Source of the DNA: Prorocentrum cordatum
Taxonomy: Eukaryota
Direction: 5' to 3'
NCBI GenBank assembly: GCA_963575745.1
Contig: CAUYUJ010000230.1
Coordinates: forward strand, 62,001-116,561
Length of the DNA: 54,561 nucleotides
Shown one piece after another: positions 16,161 to 28,001 of the stretch (the first letter of the stretch is position 1; each line of letters starts with the position of its first letter). The position numbers and the translations under genes are program-made. The notes beneath the pieces are model-generated. The model did not search any database and had not been told where the DNA came from. It saw nothing but the letters and a program-made list of their open reading frames with translations.

Positions 16161-18332
16161 GCCCCGCGCCTAGAGCGAGGAGAAGGAGGAGCGAGGAGGA
16201 GGAGGAGGAGGAGGAAGAGGAGAAGGAGGAGGAGGATGATGTGGGTCACAAGGGGAATTGAGGTTGGAGGGATTTGGATCTGGATTCAGCTTCGGAACGA
16301 TGCGTAGCAACATTAAGACTGGTTTCTTGGGATCAAGTCGGCGCTGACCCTTGTGTGCCAAACTCCTGTCGAACCGAGATATGTACTCCCGTCTCGTCCT
16401 GGTTATAGGAAGCGGGTCGCATTTCAGAGTGAGGGGCTTCCTCAGTTGGGATTGGCCGAAATTCCCTCCCCCGTGCAAATCTAGATATTCAGCCGAGGCC
16501 CACATTTCATGATGCGCGAACCGTCCACCCCCCCCCCCGCAAGATTCACATAACTAGCTGAAGGAGATCCCCCGTGGCGGGAACTAGTGCAACGCGAGGA
16601 GTTATAAGCGACGGGCTGACGAGTCGTAGCACCTCGTTGACAGCTGGCCGTTGTCGGCCACCACGTGCTCCGAGGCGAAGAGATCAATGGTGGCGGGCGC
16701 GGGCGGGGGAGGAGGAGGTGGAGGCCGAGGCTCATCAACATATCCAGCTTCGCCACGATTCGCTCTGTCAATGACTCTCGAGCGTCGATCTCTATCAGTC
16801 GTTTCCTAAAAGGCTGGTCTTGCTTTCAACTCTGGATTTCTGGAACCTTTGCACTGCTGAATCTCGGTAGGCCTCGGCACATTCACCTGCAAGCTTGTCA
16901 GCGATCTTGTTACCGCTGATCATCCACACCGTCACAACAAAGACTACGGCCCCGGTTGTGAAAAGCAGACAACCTCGTTAATCTGCAGTTCTCCTATGGG
17001 GATCGTTTGGGAAGTACCTGTGAGGAGCCCAGTGATCGAAGCGTGGAAGATGAACGGTTATTTTGATGGTGAAAAACGCAGCCCTCCTAAGTCTGGGATC
17101 TTTGGGGTCGGGTCCTCCTGAGGCGCCCCCACCGACATACATGGGATTTTGCGGAGCACCGTGCCCTAGACGTTCAGGATACAGCTGTTCAAGCCCGTGG
17201 TCACCCATTGCTCGTCAGACACTGGCCGCCGATGCAGGTGCAACTCTTGGGGATAATTCCACGCTGCCAATGACACACATCGGCCTCCCCTGGTGCGATC
17301 GCCTCGGGGATCAGGTCATCCGATGCAGCAGTAGTCTGATGTTCGCAGTTTGTTCAGCAGCGCCAGTGTCCGTGCATTGGTGTTTCGGGCTCCTGCTCAA
17401 ATTTGGGGCTGAGATCGTGTGGTGCTACACCCGCCTCCTTTTTTTCCCAGGCTGAAGCCACGTACCCCCAACTGGAATGCTCAAAAGCAGCTCTGCTAAC
17501 TGCTTGTCGTGCAGTGTTCCCTGCAATTGCTTACACAGAAGCTTGGGGCTGTAAATGTCGGCGCCGCTTTCCATGCCTTCGCTGTTGTAATATTATGAGG
17601 CCAATCTCCATTGACGAATCGAGCGTGCCTCGGTTCTCCGCCATCAAATCTTTGGCCTGGTCGATGGTCTCCAGCTGCTCGTATTTCAAGTCCACGTGCA
17701 GCCTTGAGTGCCATCGCTGGTTGGACCATGCCATACATCTGGCTGGACAGGATCCACGCCCAGAAGCATGAGCTTGTGTATGATCGCCGACATCGGTCCT
17801 CTGAAGTGTCTGGAGAGGTTTGCAGGACGAATCTGCAGGTTTTGCCGATGCCCGATTAGCCAAGCACGCCGTACTCCTACCCTGCAAGTGGATACACATA
17901 TCCATGCATGTGACCACTGCCGCACACAGCTGGCTGGCAATCGGATTCGTGGGTCTGACCTGACGCTCGTATGTCTAAAAGGGTGGTGACGCACCGGCCT
18001 CTCCTCTTAGATTCTGCAACAGGGGCGAGACGACGTCGTAACGAAAGAGGTGTTTCCCGAAGACCTCATGGGCCTGAGGCTGGTGTGACACGCCTGCCTG
18101 CGCGCCGCCAGCTCTACCCTTTGGTCACGGGATACCATTTCGACGCGTTAGCGAATCTCCTTAGCTTGTAATTCTGACTAGCTTCTTGGACAACTCTTTG
18201 TCGACGTTTTCTGCGTGTTGATCTCCTACCTGCCCCTGTGCCGACGCATGCGTAGGTGGTGTGCACATCCAGTGTCAATCGCCTGACAACTGTGTCGGCA
18301 AATCGGTGATCAGAAGAAGCACTGCGCTCTTG

Positions 18333-19996
18333 GAAAGCGCGCCAGTGGATGACCCTGTAATTGAAAAGGGGTGGGGGGCTCGCCGCAACCCCCCCCCCTC
18401 CTTCCCCCCTTCAAAGGGGGGTGAGATTTTCGAACCGCCCCCCCCTCCCCCCCTTCAGGGGGGGGTGAGATTTTTCGAATCGCCCCCCTCTCCCCCCATT
18501 CAGGGGGGGGGGTCCGAACCCCTCCCTCTCCCCCCCCCTTGAAGGGGGGGGGGGGTCCGGACCCCCCCCCCTCCCTCCCTTGGCGCTGGACGGGGGGGAG
18601 ATTCGAACCCCACCCCCCCCTCCTCCCCAATGCGCCTAACAGGGGGCCAGGGAGGGGGCCTTTCCCGCAAGGGGGGGGGTCTGGCCTCGGGATAGTGAGT
18701 AGTGAGTAGTGAGTAGTGAGTAGAGACTAGTGAGTAGTGAGTGGTGAGTAGTGACCAGGGAGTAGTTCGAAGTGACTAGTGAGTAGTGAGTACTATGAAG
18801 TGAGTAAGTGACTAGTGGGGAGTGGGTAGTGAGTAAGAAGTATCGAGTAGGGAGTAGCGAGTAGTTCATAGTGAGTAGCGAGCAGGTCATTGTGAGTAGT
18901 GAGTAGTGAGGACGGGGTAGTGGGTAGTGAGTAGTGAGTAGCGAGTGAGGAGGTGCGAGTAGTGAGTAGTGAGTAGTGAGGAGGGAGTAGTGGTAGTGAG
19001 TAGTGAAAGGCGAGAAGTAGGTAGTGGGTAGTGCGTAGGGAGTAACGAGTAGAGAGTAGTGAGTAGTGACTAGTGAGTTGTGAGTAGTGTGTAGTGAGTA
19101 CTGAGTAGTTGGGTATTTAGTAGTGACGTGTGACTAGTGACTAGTGAGCACGGAGTAGGACATAGGGAGCAGTGCGTATTGAGTAGTGAGTAGTGCGGAG
19201 TGGGTAGTGAATATTGCGTATCGGGTAGCGAGTAGCGAGTAGGGAGTATCGAGTAGTGAGTAGTGGGTAGTGAGCAGTGAGTACTGTGTAAGGAGTACGG
19301 GGTAGCGCGTAGCGAGCAGCGGATCGTGAGTAGTGAGTTGTGTGCAGCGAGTAGCGAGAAATGAATTGTGAGTATCCAGTAGTGACTTGTGTATAGTGGT
19401 TAGTGGTTAGTGAGTTGTGATTAATGAGTAGTGAGTAGTTGGCTGTGAGTAGTGTTTAGTGAATAGTGAGTACTGAGTAATGAATAGTGAATAGTCAGTA
19501 TGGAGTAGTGAGTTGGGAGCAGTGAGTAGTTCGTAGTGAGTAGTGGGTAGCGGGTCGTGAGTCGTGGTAGTGAGTAGTGAATCGTGAGTAGTGAGCAGTG
19601 AGTAGTGAGAAGTGAGTAGTGAGTAGCGAGTAGTGAGTAGCTGGTTGTGAGTAGTGAATATTGAATACTGAGTACTGTTTGGGGCTAAGGTTAGGGTTTG
19701 GTGTTAGGGTTACGGGTGGTCGGGGTGGTAGTGAGGGGTGGTAGGGGTCGGATTCCGGAGCCATGGGAGAGGGCGGGGTCGAATTAGGCGGCCAAAGGGG
19801 GGGAGGGGGGGGGGTCAGACCCCCCTCCCTTTGAAAGGGGGGAGGGGTCCCCGACGACGGACCGGGAAAAGGGGGGAGGAGGGGGGTTCCCCGACGACCG
19901 ACTAGGAAAGGGGGGGGAAGGGTCCCCGACGACGGATCGGGGAAAGGGTGGGGGGTTCCCCCCCCCCCCCTTGGGGCTATCCAGCGGTGCGCCCTC
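18333..19996. mobile_element. Non-autonomous TIR element with 9-bp TSD (MULE-like) nested in the LINE RT
   Basis: TSD GCGCTCTTG (18324-18332) / GTGCTCTTG (19997-20005); imperfect 23-bp TIRs (16/23). Removing it restores the reading PMASKSAVLL. Confidence 0.7.
18693..19675. repeat. Degenerate (AGTAGTG)n 7-mer satellite inside the TIR element
   Basis: Visible tandem periodicity. Confidence 0.92.
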
Positions 19997-20306
19997 GTGC
20001 TCTTGCTTGCCATGGGTAAAGGCTGCTGCTTAATATGCTCGTCGAGGTCAGCGATCCTGTCGACTAACACTTCCTCGACTTGGCGCTAGGAGCCCTTGGC
20101 AGACAGGTGCGGATCATCCACCCAGATCCTCTCCTCTCCCCCATGCCTGCTTGATGGTAAACCTCTCCCTCGCGATCCCTGCACGACGCTCCTGGTAGCT
20201 TGACATCAAAATGAGTTAGCGCCAAACTGCGACAGACTTCTGGCCGCACAAACAAACTTGAGCTCCAACCCAAGGATGATTAGCGGAATCCTTGACGGAG
20301 GGCTGA

Positions 20307-21285
20307 CACTACGAGCTGGTATCACCGAGTGTAACCGTGCAAGCTTTTTGCTCACATACCTACCGGTGTGATCTCGCACTGCACTATTTCGACCGACCGA
20401 CCGTGCCCGGGGTGTGTGCTGGACTGGGATGTGTGCTGCGATGTGTGTTGGGACATGTGCTGATACGTGTGCTGCCTTCGTGTGCTGGATTGTGCAAGCC
20501 TGTGTGCTGCCTCAGTGTGCTGGGACCTCCCGTCCCCCTGTTTTTCCCCCCGCGCGCCCCTCCTCTCCGTGGCACCCGTCTGCGCATTCCGACCGACCGA
20601 CCGTGCTCCCACCTTCCTCGCGACCGTGCCTTCCCGTCCCCGTGCCCCCCCCGCACCTCCGCCCCGTGGCCCCCGTCTGCCGCTTCCCTGCTCCCCCCCC
20701 CGGCACCCCTCCGCCCCGTGGCCCCCGTCTGTTTATTCCGACCGATCGACCGTGCCCCCCCGTCTGCCCGACCGTGCTCTCCCGTCCCCCTGCTCCCCCG
20801 TGGCCCTCGATAGCTTATTATTCCCGACTGTGGCCCCCCCCCTTTCCTCCCGACCGTGCCCCTCCATCCCCTTGCTCCCACGTCGCGCCCCTGCGCCCCG
20901 TGGCCCCCGCTTGCTTATTCCGACCGACCGACCGTGCCCCCCCCCCCTTGGTGCCCGACCGTGCCCTCCCGTTCCACTGCTCTCCCCCCCGGCACCCCTC
21001 CGCCCCGTGGCCCCCGTCTGCTTATGCCGACCGATCGACCGTGCCCCTCCCCCACTCTGCCCGACCGTGGCCTCCAGTGCCCGTGCCCCCCCCCGCGCCC
21101 CTCCGCACGGTGCGCGCCAGGCACCCCTGGGGCCTGAGCGTGCCAGGCACGTGTGCGGGGTGTGCCGCATACTCCAGCCGCGCCAGGTGTTCCAATTTCG
21201 GGGCACGTGCAGAGTGTGTCAGGTGCGCCTGCGCACGTGACAGCACACATCGGGAAACATGTCGGCTCTCACCATCGTGGTCGTG
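20307..21285. mobile_element. Insertion in the LINE with internal tandem units (CCGACCGACCGTGC..CCCCGTGGCCCCCGTCTG); possibly CACTA-derived
   Basis: Starts CACTACGA at 20307; weak inverted match ACCATCGTGGTC at 21271-21282; LINE RT sequence on both sides. Confidence 0.45.
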
Positions 21286-21726
21286 AGCCATTGCCCATCA
21301 TTATGTCTGGTGGGCCTGCGCACAACTTGCCAAACGAGCATCGGGTCAGCATTGTTCCTGGTTGGCTTCTGGTCGCCTGGGGGAGGGGGGGGGTATATCA
21401 ATATGGGACAGTGATAGACCCCTCCAGAAAGGGAATCACGGGGGTTGGAAGAGGGAACGCTGCAATTCGCTCGCGCCCAGAGGGTTGGTGGGATTTGAGG
21501 ATTCCGCTGGCCCGAGACTGGGCGAGCATGCGGGCAAGATCGCCTGCAAGTTCCCCCCCGCCCAGCGCGAGTAAGTCAGGTCTGAATGGAAGCAGGATTG
21601 AGGATCGAATCTCGAGGTTAAAGGACCGAAATTCGAGGAGCGAGGATCGAGGTTCGAGGATCAGAGTTCCAGGATCTGGGGTCGAGCATCGATGATCGAG
21701 CATGGAGGTTCGAGGATCTGTCCGAG

Positions 21727-21845
21727 GCGCCGCGCCGCTCAGCAGCTTCACCTCCCAGGGCCTCGCCAACGTCCTCTGGGGCCTGGCCCAGCTCCGCACC
21801 ATCGGCGTCGGCAGGGACCCGCAGGACCGCACCGTGCGCAGGGCG
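21727..21845 (+). CDS. Exon of HPR/OPR-type protein
   Basis: AG|G acceptor in phase 1; AAPLSSFTSQGLANVLWGLAQLRTIGVGRDPQDRTVRRA; GT donor. Confidence 0.85.
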
Positions 21846-22133
21846 GTGGTCCGGGGACCCTGCGCGGCGCCCACAACTCTGCCATCCTGCCTCGTCTTTG
21901 CTCCCTCCCTCCCTCCGTCCTCCTTCCTCCCTGCCTCCTCCCCCCTCATCCTCCCTGCCTCTTCCATGCCTCCTAACCGCCTCATCCCTGCTCCCTCCCG
22001 CCTTCCCCTCATCGTTCCCCTCATCCTCCCTCCCCCCCTACCCCCTTCCCCTCCTCCCTCTTCTCTCTTTCCTCCCCCCTCCTATTCCTCGTCCCTCCTC
22101 CTCGGCCCTCCTGAGGAGTGAACTGAAGAGAAC

Positions 22134-22347
<214 letters not shown>

Positions 22348-22349
22348 AG

Positions 22350-25300
22350 GAGTGATCGATATTTTTTTATCACACTCCCATATGCGATGCAATGGAGACT
22401 CGTCTTTCTTTTTCCACCTGGGACAGAGTGGACAAAACTGAACTTTCGTAGAACCTCGGCCACGAACCTCCCGCCACAGCACTCGCCAGCAATTCAGAAC
22501 TCCTTCTCGCCCTAGGGATCTGCCCGAGCTGCCTCAGGAGTCGATAGAGGGAATACACGTCTATACCTTGGCCCATGCCGCTCAGCTGCTGCCCACAGAA
22601 GCTTCTCCGACGACTGGTTCAAGTCCTGGATAAACAGTTTAGTATCGTTCAATGCCGAGATTTCCGAATAACCTGCCTCAGGGGATCGCCATTCAATTCC
22701 ATCTTCCACGATCCAGCAAACCGGCGAAACTGGGTTCCACTCCCGTTCAAGAAGCGCCAAGATCACCGCAGACATGGACCTCGGACCCAACGGAAACGTT
22801 GCGACCAGGGGAGACCACAGAACTGCTGGACCACACCACTCCTCGAGCGATGAACACGCCCACGAGTCTCTGGCCTAGCGAACCACTGCTGCAACCGTAA
22901 CTGCAGAGATTGCTGAGGGTGCCGCGCTCTTGGATCGAGACCAGGCGCTTTCATGGCTAACGTGTAAGACAAACAACACCCGCGGCCCCCAGACGAGACA
23001 GCAACAGCTAAGCTTCTCCGAAAGGATACAAGACGTTGGCCGAACGTACCGTGTAACTCTTGCCCGTACTTGCCCGCTGCCTGCGCGCCTATTCTTTCAA
23101 GCCGAGACGTTATCGAGTACTGTTTGGAGGCACGAGCATGCCGAACGACACGAGCACGCATGCGACCGTGCTTGGCCATCCTCTTGGTGCGAGTGGCCCT
23201 GGCTGTCCTCCTTCCCCCCCCTTGAGCAATCCCAAGACAAGCTCCCTGCAGCTGAGGTCGGACGTTGAAACGCTTCAGCCGCAATCGCCGAGAGATCTCT
23301 TGGGCGTCGCCGTGGAACGAGCAGATCACAATAGACTTGGGGGGCACGCCGAGATGCCACTCAGCCAGCTCATTACATGCAGCCCCCATACAAGACGTGA
23401 CACCCTCGACTACAGAACACCTCGATCCTGACATCCTCTGCGAAAGGTCGTCTTTCCAGATACGATGGCCCAGGGCAGGGCGACTTCTCGATGTTCGTGC
23501 GATAACATAATGGGTCATACATTTCGCGAACCGGGTCCCCGACCTGAGACCCCGGATGGTGCTACGATTTACAAAAATGGTTCACACACGGTACTGGGTG
23601 TTTTTAAAATGTCCGCGCTGCAACACGCTGAGCCAGCTCCATATAGAGAACCTCTGGAGGAAAACCCAAGCGGAGCGCACCACAGACAAACACATTCCAT
23701 TCGAGGCCATCATAGAGACCTCGGCTGTCCAACATTCGGTGGCCTGTGGGTAACTTCATCCAGCCAGCAACTTCGTAGCCAACGTACAGTGAAATGCCTC
23801 GACCAACGAGCTGTTGTCACGTATCGTGCGTCCCACTCCGTCTCCACAGGCACGCGCCACCCACGGACTAGATGCTTGCGAATGCTTGGCCAAATGCGTC
23901 CTATCATCGAGATGAGCCTAGAGACCCGATCACCTTCTGACTTTTTGGGTGGCATCTTGCCTGCCGCCAAGTGAATTTGGTGTGGCCAAGTGAGGGTCGC
24001 CCCGACCACGTTTATCAGCGCCGCGAGCTCCTCCAAGCCAGCCTGAGGAAGACGCTCCACGTCCAGCGGAGTGAGGCGATCGGCGCCGAGGCCCGTCTCC
24101 CCGCTCATGCGATGAGCGGCCTAGCGCACTTGGTCGGCGGTGATAGGCTCCATGGGTTCTTCTCGTGCCGCCTCCTTGATGGCGGCGAACGCCCGAGCGC
24201 TTCCTCGAGCGTCTCCTCCTGCGGCCGTCCTGCGTGCCCAACCTGGTCATCTAGTAAAACGCAGGCGACGTGAGGGACGGATGGGTTCGAGGAGTGCCCT
24301 CCGTCCCGCTCTGACCTTGCAGCACAACATGGCTGGGCTTCGGAGACCTGCAGCAGAAATTTGGCGACGTGTGAAATGGTGGGGTTCGAGGAGCCCCCCC
24401 CCCGTCTCGTTCTGACCTTGCGGCAAAACGTGGCTGGGGTTCCTGAGTAGATGGCGAACCCTGGGCGACGCGAGGTAGGGATGGGTTCGAGGAGCACCCG
24501 CCCTCCCGTTCTGACTTTCCAGAAAGCCTCCCTTCCACAGTTTACCTTTCCGATCCAAGGTGTCCTGAGGGCGCGCCAAGGATGGCGAGACGTCCTGCGA
24601 AGGAAGGGGGTCTTCCTGCATACTCTTGCGCGACCTTCCCACAGCCTCCTGAGAAGTATTGCCAGTGCGGAACTCGCCCAGCGATTCACGATCAGCACGT
24701 CGTAGGGCTCCCCCTTAGAAAGTTTATCTGTCTTTTGTTGGGAAATGGCATCCACCGCTCCGCGCGTTGGTTCCAAATTCAGGAGCAACCCATTCCGGAC
24801 ATCGATACCTGCATCTTTCAGACCCAGCAACATCTTGCCAACTCCGTCGGGTTTGTCGGGCGCTAAATGCCCGGCCACCTGCTGCAACTGATTCGTATGT
24901 GTGCGACAGTTCTCACGGCCCCCATGGCGCTCGATCTGCGAGAGGATGAGCCTGCGCGCTCGCAGCGTAGTCGCGAACAGGTTCAGCTCGAGAGCGATTG
25001 CTTTGCTTGACCGGTTCTTCAACGAACGAACATCCGTCGCCCTTCCGCGAGCCTCCAGATGGGAAGACTCGGGGGCGGCAAAGCGGGGGGCGATGACTTG
25101 GGGGGGGATATCATGGCGTGGGCCAGGATGTTTCCCCAGATTTCATGGCGCCTCCTCTTATTTCGTTGCGTCCCTGGCCTTCCCTTGGGCCGCGCGCATG
25201 CCGCAGGCCATGATTTGCGCCCCCCTCTTGGACCCCCCCTCTTGGCTCTTGGCCGCTCCCGATAGACCTGATGGTGGGCATGCATGACCAGTGTTGACGC

Positions 25301-27997
25301 ATTGAGAATAACACGAAGGGTTGGGCCAAAAGACAACTGAACTGAGGATCAGAAGTGCGAAGGAGGGGCAGGTGCTGAACTGCGCAAGTGCTGGGCCCTG
25401 TGCTGGTCCCAAGCCTCTTCGGGAATATAGACGCATGGCTCAACCTTCTCATTTGGCACTTCCGATGGTTCGGGCTCAACCTGGATCGCCGATTCACGAC
25501 TTGCGGCTGGGGAGGGGGGGCGACGAATTGCTGGCGCGACTGTTGGGCTGCTGACTGCCTGGCAAGGTTGAGTGGCCAACGCGATCCGTGGCGACGGCAA
25601 GACCGCCAAAGTTGGCCTTGCTGGCCCGCGGATGCTCCTCCTCCTTGTTAAACTCGAAAAGCAGAGCTCCCTTCGCCGGGGGCGTCAGTTTCCTCGTCCT
25701 GGGGCGGGCCGCGCACGGAAGCATGCGCAGAAGCCTGCGACGGATTCAGATTGTCCCCGAAGAGATCCAGATGCTGTTCCGAAAGCTTTTCCGAGGCAAG
25801 GGCCCCTTCGACCGCTTTCTTCTTCTTGGCCTTGGAGGCCTGGGACCCTGGAGTGGCTTCCCGGGCGGCGCGGGACACCCGCGGCAAACGCCCCGCGCGT
25901 TCCAGTCGGCGCGTCGGAAGTTGGAGACCGGGCGAGCGAACGGCAAGAGCGAGCCCGATGCGCGGCCGCCGCGGCGCATCCGGGACTGGCCCCAGTTTGA
26001 CGGGGTCAGGCCGAGCAGCCTCGGAGACTACGGCGCAGTCGACCAGGCCCTCTTAGCCCCCCGAGTCTCACGGGCGCCCCGCCCCTGGCGGAGCGATTCG
26101 TCCGTGAATTTGCGGGCGGAATTCTTTGCGAGAGAGAACATGTGGCCCCGTGTTCCAGTCCCCCAGGTAGACTCAAGGAAGGTGAAGAGCAGCAAGAAGC
26201 CCTCGCAGTTTGTGATGCCTGGACATATTTTCCCGCCGTGCCAATAGTAGCAGTGGGCAGTCAGGGGGGCGAGCAAAACAAGCCCCTGACGCGCAGCACC
26301 GATGCGGTGAACCCGCCCAGCGCATCGCACCCATCGGACTTATCGGCGAGCGGCTCGACCTCAGGATGACCCCGATCAAGAAGCAATTTATCACCTTCAT
26401 CGGCGCGGTCAGCTTGCGCCTGACCGCCTCGGCCAGAGGGCCCGGCGGCATTCGAGATCCACCGGGGCCTCTCCGTCCGAGCCTCGCTTCCCCATGTGCG
26501 TTGTTGATTCGCCCCGGCGAGGGTCTCAGCGAGCCCCAGAATGTGAAACTTTGCTGGCAGTTCTAAGTTATGCGTCCATGCGCAGTCGCCCATGGCAGTG
26601 ATACTCGTGCAGAAAATGTTGGAGACGGACTTGGATTGGTCTGAGTCGGGGCCCGTGGACAAAACTGGCGCCTGCACCTGCGCCCCATTGCAAACCTGTT
26701 CGATGGGCTGACGGTCGCGCAGGGGTTGGCGAAGGAGCGTTGTCCCCTGCGGGCTCGTGGCCCTTGCCCATGGCCTTGGCCGCCGCTGCCGCCTCCGCCG
26801 CCGTGAACTTGGCCGCCGAGATTTTGGCTGCCTCGGCGCGCACGGCCTCCAGGGCCGCGGCGTCGCGCTCGGCGGCCTGGGCCTTGGCCGCTGGGGGGCC
26901 CCGGCCGCGGACGCCGCCGCCGCCCTCGGCGGAGCCCGTCGGCTGAGCCTCGGGCCCCGCTTCCCCGCTGACGACGTCCTCGGCGCCTTCTACTTTCCTC
27001 TTCTTGGCCGCCAGCCTCCCGAGGCGGTGGCGTCCATTACCTTCGCCGCCATGTCGTGCCAAGACTCCACCTCGGCATTTTCGATCGCGCGAGCTTCCCC
27101 TTTCATCTGCGCGAGCGTAGCAGGGGTCCGCTCAAGCTCCTCCTTCTCGGACTCCTCGCACCCCAAGTTACCGATGTCCTCGAAGATCGCCTGGTCCCAA
27201 GAAACAGTAGGAAAGCCGCGCCGTCGGACTTTGGTTCGGGGGCTGCAGTGGGGCGCTGGTCCGAGCCCGGACCTTCGGCGCGGGCGAGCACCTCAGCTGC
27301 TCGCTTCTTCGCAATCCCTGTTGCCGCTAGTGCCTCCGCTGCCGCCGCCTCCTTGATCTCGGCAGTTGCCAGAGGCGTGCGCAGGCAGCGGACGTTGGAT
27401 ACCATCTGATCGTGCGCATGGTTGCAGTCCCTCCAGTGGCCCTCCGCGCGCGCAGAGTTGTCGGCGGCCGAGATGAGGGCCTCTGTCGGAGTGGGGGCCT
27501 TCGTCAGAAGCCCGACGCGACTGTTCAACCAAAGCCTTGACTTCCTGGTCGTCTGTGCCTTTCATGGCCTCTATCAGGTTGTCGGTCACGCTGGTGGCCG
27601 TCCCCCACGGATGCTTAGGGGGCTGGAGGCCGCTGCCCTCCGTTTGCTCGAAGTCCCAGACCCCAGCCACGTCCGCGAACGAAGCTCGGCCTGGTGACTG
27701 CGAGCGAGTACGAATATTCTTGCGGTTCTCGGTGACGAGAAGGACGACGTCGCGCTGGCCCTTGCTGCACTTGCCGCCCGAGTTGGTGATGATATCGCAT
27801 GTCCCGCGCTGGCAACGGCTCCACATCCGCTGGCTCTTCTGGGGGGAGCCCGAAATGTCAGCAGAACACAATGGGGTATGACACTCGCTTTGGTCACATA
27901 TGGCTGGCCCTCTCCGTGGGGCTCTGCGCTGTGTGCCTTAAGCGCTCCGAGCAAGCACGAGAGCTGGCACAGGCAACATGCTTGGGCCTAGGTGGCT
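22350..27997 (-). mobile_element. Decayed LINE with ORF1 (RanBP2-like and CCCH-like Zn finger remnants, coiled coil) and RT
   Basis: W.RCQRGTC...N....CSK (~27760-27825); CCCH remnant QHFLHEYHC/MGDCAWTH (~26570-26620); PDKPDG; PKKSEGDR..ISMIGRIW..R..W..WDA; MLDSRGLYD (~23710-23735); WKDD (23447-23458); KYGQELHG; GPRSMSAVILALL..W.P..P..W. Confidence 0.8.
24270..24545. repeat. Three ~100-bp units (GGGTTCGAGGAG..CGTTCTGACCTT) inserted within the LINE RT
   Basis: Copies near 24283, 24382 and 24483. Confidence 0.7.
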
Positions 27998-28001
27998 TGA
28001 A

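Larger units (their letters stand above)
16750..21380 (-). mobile_element. Decayed LINE ORF2 fragment (RT - Zn knuckle - C-terminal RNase H) interrupted by two nested insertions
   Basis: Minus-strand motifs in order: KPT..PMLVWQVVRRP (~21300-21375), RSVVQG (~20180), WVDD (20113-20124), ASKSAVL, ETPMHGHWRC, CHWQRGIIP, ASGG..DPRLRR (~17090), QTIPIGEL (~17000). Confidence 0.75.
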
